64,000 bases of DNA, from the NCBI GenBank assembly GCA_030390025.1, contig CM059427.1, positions 186,682,001 to 186,746,000 of the forward strand. The letters run 5' to 3'. The translations under genes and the position numbers were made by a program. The notes beneath the pieces were generated by a model. It was not told where the DNA came from and did no database searches. It worked only from the letters and a program-made list of their open reading frames with translations. Origin of the DNA: Squalus acanthias. Its lineage: Eukaryota. This document shows positions 48,001 through 60,000 of this stretch, piece after piece (position 1 is the stretch's first letter; each line of letters starts with the position of its first letter).

Positions 48001-51000
48001 GCTCCTCTCGCCGCTCCTCTCGCCGCTCCTCTCGCCGTTCCTCTCGCCGCTCCTCTCATCGCTCCTCTCATCGCTCCTCTCGCCACTCCACTCACACTCT
48101 TTATACCGACGCTGAGCCCACTCCTCGCGCTGCTCAATGAGACTGGTGGTGGAGAGGTAGAGCTCGGTGTCGTGAATATACATGTGGAGCTGACCCAATG
48201 TTTTTGGATGATGTTGAGCTGGAAGTAGGTGATCTTTGTGATGGAGACGATGTGGGGTCAGAAGCTTAGCCAAGGGCTAAAGAGTCTGCTTCAACCTGAG
48301 ACAATGGCCAGGGAGAGAGGTGTAGCTGCTTGTGATGGTTTCTCAGGGGAATGCAGCAAGAGCCAAGTCCGTGGCACTACGAGTGGCTCAGCTGCACAGG
48401 AGGGGAGGAAAAAGAGTGGGAGAGCAATAGTGACAGGGGATTCTATTTTAAGGGGAACAGATAGATGTTTCTGTGGCCACAGACGTGACTCCAGGATGGT
48501 ATGTTGCCTCCCTGGTGCCAGGGTCAAGGATGTCACTGAAAGGCTGCAGGGCATTCTGAAGGGGGAGGGCGAACAGTCAGAGGTCATGGTTCACATTGGT
48601 ACCAACGACATGGGTAGAAAGAGAAAGAGGGATGAGGTCCTGCAACAAGAATTTAGGGAGCGAGATATCAGATTAAAAAGCAGGACCTCAAAGGTTGTAA
48701 TCTCTGGATTACTCCCGGTGCCACGTGCCAGTGAGTATAGGAATAGAAGGATAGAGCAGATGAATGTGTGGCTAAAGAGTTGGTGCAGGAGGGAGGGCTT
48801 TAGTTTCCTGGATCACTGGGTCTGCTTCTGGGGAAGGTGGGACCTGTACAAGTCGGACGGGTTGCACCTGAACCGGAACAGGACCAACATCCTTGCGGGG
48901 AGGTTTGCTAGTACTGTTGGGGGGGGCTTTAAACTAACTTGGCAGGAGGATGGGATACGGAGTGGAGCTATAGTAGGGGGTGATGCACAGCCAAATATAG
49001 AGGAAAAAACAAGTCAGCCTGAAAGTCAGAGCAAGTATGTAACGGCACAAGGGATTATGGCAAGGCTGGATGGCATTTATTTTAATGCAAGGAGTCTTGC
49101 GAGTAAGGTAGATGAATTGAAGGTGTTGATGAACACATGGGAGTATGATATTGTTGCTATCACAGAGACATGGTTGAGGGAGGGGCAGGACTGGGAGCGC
49201 AATATTCCGGGGTATAGAATCTTCAGGCGAGACAGAGGGGGGTGTAAAAGAGGAGGGGAGTCGCAATATTAATCAAGGAGTCAATTTCTGCGGTAAGGAG
49301 GGATGATATCTTAGCAGGTTCCTCTAATATGGGTAGAACTTAAAAACAAAAAGGGGGCAAGCACTTTGCTGGGTGTGTACTATAGGCCCCCAAACAGTCA
49401 GGGGGAGATAGAGGAACAGATATGTAGACAAATCTCAGAGAAGTGTAGAAATGATAGGGTAATAATAGTAGGGGATTTCAACGTCACCAATATTAACTGG
49501 GATAGTCAGAGTGTGAAAGGCTTAGAGGGTGCGAAATTCTTAAAGTGCATCTAGGAGAGCTTTTTGAGCCAGCATGTAGAAAGTCCAAGAGAGGGGGCGT
49601 TACTGGACCTAATTCTAGGGAATAAAGCTGGGCAAGTGGTAGAAGTGTCAGTAGGAGAGCATTTTGGTGACCGTGACCATAATTCAGTGAGATTTAAGGT
49701 AGTCATGGAAAAGGACAAAGATGGACCGGAAATAAAGGTTCTAAATTGGGGGAAGGCCGATTTTAATATGATAAGGCAGGATCTGGACAAAGTGGACTGG
49801 GATCAGCTACTTGTAGGAAAATCCACATCAGAGCAGTGGGAGTCTTTCAGAAAGGAAATAGAGAGAGTACAATGGCAATATGTTCCCGTAAAGGTCAAGG
49901 GTGGGACCAACAATCCCAGGGAACTCTGGATGTCAAGGGATATAAGAGAATGGATTAGGAAAAAAAGGGAGGTTTTTGGCAGATACAAAGGACTAAAAAT
50001 AGTGGAAGTCCTAGAGGAGTATAGAAAGTGCAGGGGTGTACTTAAAAAAGAAATTTGCAGAGCGAAGAGGGGGCATGAAATAACACCGGCGGGCAAAATA
50101 AAGGAAAATCCCAAGGTGTTTTATAAGTATATTAAGGGAAAGAGGATAACCAGGGAAAGAGTAGGGCCCATGAGTGACCAAAGTGGCAATCTGTGTGTAG
50201 AGCCAGAAGATGTAGGTGGGGTTTTAAATGAATATTTTGCATCTGTGTTCACTATGGAGAAGGACGATGTAGGCATAGAAATCAGACAGGGGGGTTGTGA
50301 TATACTTGAACAAATTAGTATTGAGAGGGAGGAGGTACTAACGGTTTTAGCGGGCTTAAAAGTGGATAAATCCCCAGGCCCAGACGAGATGTATCCCAGG
50401 CTGCTGTGTGAGACAAGGGAGGAGATTGCAGGGGCTCTGACACAAATTTTCAGAACATCTCTGGCCACAGGGGAGGTCAAAATTGAGAGGTCGCACAACA
50501 CCAGGTTATAGTCCAACAGTTTTATTTGAAATCACAAGCTTTCGGAGCTATCGATTGCTCCTTCCTCAGGGGAGGTGCCAGAGGACTGGAGAACAGCTAA
50601 TGTAGAATCATTATTCAAGAAGGGTAGTAGGGATAAACCAGGGAATTATAGGCCAGTGAGCCTAACATCAGTGGTAGGGAAATTATTGGAAAAAATTCTG
50701 AGGGACAGAATTAGTCTCCACTTGGAGAGGCAAGGATTAATCAAGGATAGTCAGCATGGCTTTATCAGGGGGAGATCATGTCTGACCAATTTGATTGAAT
50801 TTTTCGAGGGGGTAACTAGGTGTGTGGATGAGGGTAGTGCAGTTGATGTGGTCTACATGGACTTCAGTAAGGCTTTTGACAAAGTCCCGCATGGGAGACT
50901 GGTCAAGAAGGTAAGTGCCCATGGGATCCAGGGCAATTTGGCACATTGGATCCAAAATTGGCTTAGTGGCAGGAGGCAGAGGGTGATGGTCGAAGGTTGT

Positions 51001-54000
51001 TTTTGTGACTGGAAACCTGTGTCCAGTGGTGTACCGCAGGGATCGGTGCTGGGTCCTTTGCTGTTTGTAGTGTACATTAATGATTTAGATATGAATGTAG
51101 GAGGTATGATCAGTAAGTTTGCAGATGACACGAAAATTGGTGGGGTGGTAAATAGCGAGGAGGGAAGCCTCAGGCTACAGGACGATATAGACGGGTTGGT
51201 CAGATGGGCAGAACAGTGGCAAATGGAATTTAACCCTGAAAAGTGTGAGGTGATGCATTTTGGGAGGACTAACAAGGCAAGGGAATACACAATGAATGGT
51301 AGGACCCTAGGAAGGACAGAGGATCAGATGGACCTTGGTGTGCATGTACATAGATCCCTGAAGGCAGCAGGACAGGTAGATAAGGTGGTTAAAAAGGCAT
51401 ATGGGATACTTGCCTTCATTAGCCGAGGCATCGAATATAAGAGCAGGGAGGTTATGATGGAGCTGTATAAAACGATAGTTAGGCCACAGCTGGAATACTG
51501 TGTGCAGTTCTGGTCGCCACACTACAGGAAGGATGTGATTGCATTGGATAGGGTGCAGAGGAGATTCACCAGGATGTTACCTGGGCTGCAGCGCTTCAGC
51601 TATGAAGAGAGACTGGACAGGCTGGGGTTGTTTTCCTTAGAGCAGAGAAGGCTGAGGGGGGACCTGATTGAGGTGTACAAAATTATGAGGGGCATAGATA
51701 GGGTAGATAGAAAGGAACTTTACCCCTTAGTAGAGGGGTCAATAACAAGGGGGCATAGTTTCAAGGTAAGGGGCAGGAGGTTTAGCGGGGATTTGAGGAA
51801 AAACTTTTTCACCCAGAGGGTTGTTGGAATCTGGAACTCACTGTGTGAAAGGGTGGTAGAGGCAGGAACCCTCACAACATTCAAGAAGCATTTAGATGAG
51901 CACTTGAAATGCCATAGCATACAAGGCAACGGACCAAGTGTTGGAAAATGGGATTAGAATAGACAGGCCTTGATGGCCAGCACGGACACGATGGGCCGAA
52001 GGGCCTCTTTCTGTGCTGTATAACTGTATGACTCTATGAATCTATGTATGGTGTTCGTGGTGAGGGCTGAAGAAGATGGCTTCGGTCTTCATATATTTAA
52101 CTGGAGGAAATTACAGCTCATCCAAGACTAGATGTTAGGCAAGTGATCTGACAGCACAGAGGCAGTGGAGGGATAGAGAGAAGTGGTGGAAAGGTAGAGC
52201 TGTGTTTCATCAATACAGATTAGCAAGCTGAGCAAATGTCTTCAGATGAAGATTTACTAGAATGGTACCAGGGGGATGAGGTTCTTCTGTTATGTGGAGA
52301 GTTTGGAGAAGCTGGGGCAGAGAAGGTTAAGAGGAGATTTGATGGAGCGGTTCAAAATCATGAATGGTTTTAATAGAGTAAATAATGAGAAACTGATTCC
52401 AGTGGCAAAAGGGTCGGTAACCAGGGAAGACAGATTTAAGGTGATTGGCGACCAGATGCAGCATGAGGAAACATTCTTTTACACAGCGAGTTGTTGTGAT
52501 CCCAAATTCACTGCCTGAAAGGGTGGTGGAAGCAGATTCAAGAGTAACTTTCAAAAGAGAATTGGATAAATACTTGAAGGGAAAATATTTACAGGATATG
52601 GGGAAAGAGCAGGGGAGTGGAACTAATTGGATAGCTCCACCAAAGAGCCGGCACAGACACGATGCACCGAATAGCCTCCTTCTGTGCTGTATCATTCTAT
52701 GGGCCTGAAATTTGGCTCCTTAGCGCCAGCTGTTTAGGCTGGTTTTGTGGAAAAAATGTCACCTGCCTCACTTCTGCCTATTGGTGAAACAGGCGTTAGG
52801 CTATTAACATATTCAAATAAGGGGCCTAACGCCTGCTTCTGCTCCCTCTGGCAAATTTACTTGCATCTGTGACAGTCAGTGCCAGCAATGTTTACTCCCG
52901 GGAAAACAAACATTAAACAGTGCCGAATGAAAAAAAGGTAAGTACTTACCATTGGCATCTCTGACCTCACTCCCGACTCCGAGCTTCAGGTCCTCTCTGA
53001 TCTCCCCCCAATGCAGCCCCGACCTCCAGGTCCCCCCGATGGCCCCGACCTCCCCCCGATGTTGTCCCCGAGTCCCGATCACCCCCCGCCGATCTGGCCC
53101 CGTGTCCCGACCTACCTCAGAGTCCTTGCTGGGTGTTCAGATGTTCAGCGTGTTCAGTGCTGGGCTGAACGCCACAATAATGATAATCAGCCGGCGGAAA
53201 CAAGTCCCGGTGCTGCCTGTGATCTTTTTACGGGTGCGAGTAAACCTCGCCCCGCGGAGCCACTCCCGTTTACGGCCTTATCGGATTTCTAGGCCAAAGA
53301 TTCTATGTTGCCGAGGAGCAGCATGTAGATGAGGAAGATGAGGGAGCCAAGGGGGACAAGTGGACAATGGCCCAAAAATTCGGCTGAGAACGGGTGAGTA
53401 CTCAGTGCGTACCAGGTCTCCTGTCAAATCTATGAATGAAAGATGGTCGGCTGCCATTGGCTCTCAATGGCCCACGTGATCCCAGGGGTCGCATCGCACT
53501 AACTGCGCCCCTGGGACATGCACACACTGCACGCCGGCCCTAGGGAAAGGCCCAGGACCCGAAGTTCCTGCGGGGGCAAACAAGGACGGCAGACACGGTA
53601 TGTGATATCGCGCGCGATCCTTACCCCCGCGGCAAGCCTCCGAGTCAAATTTCTGGGCCATTATCTGGGAAATGTTCATAGTCAGCACTAAGCACGGCTG
53701 GTCAGCATTTGTCTGACTGTGTCTGTTTGTAGAAAAAGGAAATTCTGAATGCAATAGTTCAGAAAGTTTATGGAAAGCTAAACTACACGTCATTGATCTG
53801 TTTTTGCAGTTGAGACAGATTCCCAGAGGCCTGTAATGGGCAGTGACATCACCCTCAGTTGTACCGTCTCCAGACGCTCAGATACAGTCAGTCTTCACTG
53901 GAAACCAAGAGACTCATCTCAGCAGAACAGGAGGAACAACACTGATGAGATCCATCTGAATAACACGGTCTATCTGATAGTCAGACACGTTGGAGCAGAA

Positions 54001-57000
54001 AATCAGAATTTGTACACATGGGAAGTGCAGGAAAATGACTCCATTGTTCTCACTGGAAACACAAATGTTGATGTGGATCAGAGTAAGTCCAGCGCTAGCT
54101 TGCAGTAGGTGTTAAATAGTTACTGATATAAAACTGTTACACACAAAGTACAGCGAGCACAGGCACCACTGTGGGCTTTTACTGCAGAATGTGGTCCTTG
54201 TTTTTGCCCTGGAACATGGGTGTAAATATAAAATGGTGACATTAAGAGCTGATGTAACCAACCAGGTGAACTCAATGGATTCATTTCGATTCACATGTAT
54301 GAATCAAAAAGAATAAAATCCCTCAATATATAAAAAGCAACTGCCATTCCAGTCTATCGGCCCCCGCTTGTGATCTGAACTGGATATTCGTGTCTATCGC
54401 AAGTGTCCTTTCTTAGTCTCTTTGAAGGCAGACTATAAAAAGCCTTTGGTGAGACAAGGCCAGAAATTAATTGTTAAACTGCTTTATCTCACAGCGAGTG
54501 ATAAATAATGAACACGATACAATTTGCCACACCAGTGGGTCAACGACTTGATTTAAACAATTGGGCAAGAAAGTTGTCGGTGTCACCGCAACTGGAGTTA
54601 AGGGCCGCTGAAAATGGCCGCAGCGCTAAGGAGAATAAATTCATCTGGGGGGCTGGAGATTGGTGGCACAGCACTAACCTTCCGTGCAGCGCCCCCTGGT
54701 GGTGTTAGTGGAGACCTCCTGAGGTGAAGTTCCCGTCCTGAAGTGGCGTTCGAGCTTCGCACCGCCTCTGGGAGCGAGGAATTGTGGGCCATTAAAAGGG
54801 CTATGAATTAAAGGGGCCATGCACTCAGAACTAATACAAATTAAAATGCAGTGAGAAAATGCAGTTTTCAGCCCTTACTGACTGTCAGAAAAAATATAAC
54901 ATTAAAAAGAAGTCCCAAATGTGATTGTTCAGCTCTTAAAGCTGAATTCCCTTCCGAACCTCAAAAAATAGGGAATCTGCTTCAGCACTAACACAAATAG
55001 TTCAGCAACCTAGGGAAGGGGCACCCAGCGTCTTGCATGCAGCACTCCAGCTTTGTGCAGGGGATTAACACTGCAAGACAGCTCCTCTAACCATGGGCCA
55101 GGAGACCCTCCAGAAAGTAGGATGAGGAACTACATCACCGAGGCAACACTGCCAGCAGTGTCACCCCCACCACCTGGCTCCAGTGCCGAAGGATGCTTCA
55201 TGACCTCAGACCACTGGTCAAGGTCAGTAAATGTATCTTCAAAAGCCCTCTCCTACCAACTGCAGCACCAGCCTCACACACTGCTCAATGCACGACTCCC
55301 CTCTCAATCACTCACCTACCAACAATCAAGTCAGATTGACGATGCACCCTTTGATGGACCTGCCTGTTTGCTTCTGTCTCTCTCTTTGTTTTATCTTCTT
55401 CTGTTAACAACCAGAGGGGACCAGATGTGCCCAACACAATGGGTATGAGGCGTTTATTGACAATCGATTGCTGAGACAGTTTAAAAAATTGATTATCTAC
55501 AGTCCACGGGGAAACAGCATCACTTTGACGGGAGCCATTTTTGGTGCAGATGGACTTTGTAGCACAACCCGGCGTTTAAACAATAGGCAGCCTGGGCCGG
55601 CAGCCAGTGTATCCGGGTCCCAGCTGATTTCCCTGTCCCAATGCTGCACTCCCAGCTGGCTTATGCCAGGAGGGCGCTGAATGGCCCTGTGGGAATTCAG
55701 AACATCTGTATCTCAGCAGCTATATAAATCTAACACCTTGTTTCCTGTCTCTCTGTTGCAGGTTTATATGAAAAGAGTTACACACTTTATCGGTCAGACA
55801 CAGATCACAGTGAACTCTCCCTTATTTGTGAAGCTAAGTCTGAGTACATTAAAAGTAACTGGACTTGGAGGTCACGTCATTTTCAGAATCAAGAGAATGA
55901 AATAGCTTCTACTTTCAGATCTAAGCCTATCGAAGTAAACAGGACCTACTTTGGGAGTCGACTGGTGCCCACAGTGGGAAATCTTAATGGCAAGAACTTC
56001 AGTGTGAGGATTGTCCCCGTACTGTTTGAAGATGCAGGAGTTTACACTTGTTCTCTGGGGTTATTTAATTATGTGACCATTAAACTAATCACAGTTAAAG
56101 GTAGGAGACAGAATGTTGCAGGTGTTTTCAATGATAAAGTCGGGTAGAGTTTCCGCTTTGGGCACAATCGGCGATTCCGGCACAAATTGCGCCCAAAACT
56201 GCGCCCGTTTTGAAAATTGTTTCCCCCCCACCCCCCGAGGTTCCACTCAAACTCATTTGCATATCACCAAACACAAAATCTGCCCTGAACCAGCGCAATT
56301 GGTCAGTGATTTAAAACGTAATTTCTTTCTGCTAATTTTGCTTTAAAAAATATTCTAGGCTACATTTAAGAATGGTAACTTGGAGCAGTTTGATTAATAC
56401 AGCTGAAAGTGGGTTTATCACAAAAAATAAGCATTTTAAATCACAGTATCGATCCGCCACCTGTGAGTAATGGATTTTAAATAACAGAATTGACGTTAAA
56501 AAATATACAGAACTATTTTCTCATTAGATTGGGGTACATTAGTCAGTTCCTTTTGTAAATTGAAAAAAAATTATTTCAAAACCTTTCAAAACGTACGTAT
56601 TCGTGTCCTTGCGACCAAAAGCTCCAGCTCCATTTTTGGAGCCTCCTCGTCGGCCTGCAAACGGGCGCAATTAGTGGAAACTCCCGATGGTGATTGGTTC
56701 ACCCTGTGGGCGGGGTCAGTTTTGTGGGCGGGGCCAGTTTTGTGGACGGGGCCAGATTTGTAGGCGGGGCCTGCTTCTAGCGAGATGTCTTTAAAACTAG
56801 CACAAAAGATTGCGGAAAATCGAGTTGCACGGAACACAATTTGCACTTAAAATTCCGCTGTCGTTTGCGTTGGTTCCGCCGATATCATAGAAACATCGAA
56901 ACATAGAAGATAGGAGCAGGAGTAGGCCATTCAGCCCCTCGAGCCTGCTCCGCCATTCAATGAGACCATGGCTGATCATCCAAATTCAGTACCCTGTCCC

Positions 57001-60000
57001 TGCCTTCTCTCCATATCCCTTGATCCCTTTAGTTTTAAGAAATATATCTAACTCCTTCTTGAATATATTTAATGAATTGGCCTCTACTGCCTTCTGTGGT
57101 AGAGAATTCCACAGGTTCACCACTCTCTGGGTGAAGAAATTCCTCCTCATCTCAGTCCTAAATGGCTTACCCCTTATCCTTAGACTGTGACCCCTGGTTC
57201 TGGACTCCCCGGCCATCGGGAACATCCTTCCTGCATCTAGTCTGTCTAGTCCTGTTAGAATTTTATAAGTTTCAATGAGATCCCCTCTCATTCTTCTAAA
57301 CTCCAGTGAGTACAAGCACAATCGACCCAATCTCTCCTCATACGCCATTCCTGCCATCCCGGGTATCAGCCTGGTGAATCTTCGCTGCACTCCCTCCATG
57401 GCAAGAACATCCTTCCTCAGATAAGGCGACCAAAACTGCACACAATACTCAAGATGTGGTCTCACCAAGGCCCTGTACAACTGCAGCAAGACATCCTTGT
57501 TCCTGTACTCGAACCCTTTCGCTACGAAGGCCAACATACCATTTGCCTTCTTAACCGCCTGCTGCACCTGCATGCTTACCTTCAGCGATTGGTGCACAAG
57601 GACACCCAGGTCTCGTTGCACTTCCCCTTCTCCCAATCTATTGCCATTCAGATAATAATCTGCCTTCCTGTTTTTGACACCAAAGTGGATAACCTTGCAT
57701 TTATCCACATTATATTGCATCTGCCATGCTTCTGCCCAATCACCCAACCTTTCCAAATCATACTGGAGTTTCTCGGCATCCTCCTCACGGTACACACTCC
57801 CACCCAGCTTTGTGTCGTCTGCAAACTTGGAGATATTACATCCAATTCCATCGTCCAGATCATTAATATATATTGTGAATAGCTGGGGTCCGAGGACCGA
57901 TCCCTGCGGTACCCCACTAGTCACCGCCTGCCACTCGGAAAAAGACCCATTTATTCCAACTCTTTGCTTTCTGTCTGCCAACCAGTTCTCTATCCAAGTC
58001 AATACCTTGCCCCCAATCCCGTGTGCCTTAACTTTACATGCTAATCTCTTATTTGGAACCTTATCGAAAGCCTTCTGAAAGTCCAAATACACCACTTCCA
58101 CTGGTTCTCCCTTATCCATTTTACCAGTTACATCCTCAAAAAATTCCAGTAGATTAGTCAAGCACGATTTGCCTTTTGTAAATCCATGTTGACTTTGTCC
58201 GATCCTGTCACTGTTTTCCAAGTGCTCTGCTATTATATCTTTTATAATGGACTCTAGCATTTTCGCCACTACCGATGTCAGGCTTACTGGTCTATAATTC
58301 CCCGTTTTCTCTCTACCACCTTTTTTGAATAGTGGGGTAACATTAGCTACCCTCCAATCCATGGGTACTGTTCCAGAGTCTATAGAATTTTGGACGAATT
58401 GTACCGAAAAAAACAACACAATGGGGTGGAAACTCCAGGACATTGTTTAAAATCTAAATGATTTTCTTCTTTACACAGTCACAGCTGAACCATCTGATGC
58501 AGTGACTGAGGGAGACACCGTTACCCTGACCTGCTCTGTCTCTGATGTCACTGAATCAATGAGACTTGTTTGGATCAGTAGTGATGGCAAAACTGTTGAA
58601 GAGAAAACTTTTAAGGACCAGAAGCAGGAAGAGGATTTATTACGGCTGATTATTCAGAAAGCTGATAGAGACAGAAGGAACTGGACATGTGTTTTGTTTC
58701 ATCAAAACACGCCCAGCGTTTTAATTCCATATTATCTGAAGGTTAACAGTAAGTGTCTCAGGTTTTTCACACTTAACCTCCATAGAAAGTTCTTGTCACT
58801 CACTGCTCTTTTATTATGATAACCTCTTCCTTTTCAGATCCTATTGCACTCCACATTACTCAGAGTTCAGTCATAGGTGTTCACATATAAACAATTTAAC
58901 ATCAAAAATCAAACTATACAATCAAAGCAATAGAGAGGAGCTGAAGAGGAGAATTTGTTTTTATATCTTTCGGGTCCATTACACTCCTGTAAGGAGTCTT
59001 TTAAATGTTAAATCCCCTCCTGGCCAGTGTAATAAGACGAGATGCCAGTAACAGAATGGTTTTTCTTGCATCCAGTGTTGCTATGGTGGGTAATGATGGG
59101 AAATGTGACTCATGATGTCACTCTGTCCCTGCCACTCATTTGAATATGACCAATAATTGACCAATCTCACTTCTGGCAGGAAATCCTGGAAGTGGTGGTG
59201 ATTGGCCGGGGAATGATTGGCCGGGGAATGATTGGCCGGGGATTGATTGGCCGGGGATTGATTGGCCGGGCAATGATTGGCCGGGGATTGATTGGCCGGG
59301 GAATGATTGGCCGGGGAATGATAGAAAAGGCTGTCTAGCCAACTTCTTGCACCAGATCCATGTGAAATGGGACTGGGAAGGGAGCAGAAGTAACTTGCTC
59401 GTTCTTCACTCCGATAATTTTAACTTTATTGCTCTGGAAGCTACAACTCCAGGTTCTTGTTTTGGAGTAAATTTGCCTCTGAATTGCTCCCAGCAACAGA
59501 CTGGGGAATCTGAGTGCAAAGGACTCTGACACTCAGTTGCATCAATTTATATTGGGCAACTAACTTCAGGGACAACTATCTGAAAACCCATACAGGAAAT
59601 TCCAGATGCAGTGCTAATCAGGTGCAAAACAATAGCACAGGATATGCATCCATTGTTCCTGTGCACAGTGCCCATTCTTCAGGTGCTATTTTGTTGCTAA
59701 TTCCAGTCGCATCTCCCCTTAAATGTTTGGGAACATTTTTCTTTTGTTATCCCATCTTTTACATCATGTCCTACCTGAAACAGTGTAGACAGACAGCCTA
59801 TTTCCAGGTCTCTATCAAAGGGACCCTCCAACCTGCATGAGGTGAGTTGTTGCCTCTGTATCTTTTCATCCTCCCAGGGGAATGCACATCCACACTTTTC
59901 CTACCACCTTCTGAAACCTGGACTGAGATCGTATATTTGGTTTGTGGCACATCATGGACACAAACTCATTCCATGGTAGTGTCTTACTGCTGTAATATGC

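Noticed and set aside
43160-48273. Giant ORFs of 1279-1633 aa (RRSS, PLAV, LSPF, ERNG, ARGT repeats)
   Set aside because: These are translations of a stop-free 12-bp satellite in several frames at once, with no domain content.
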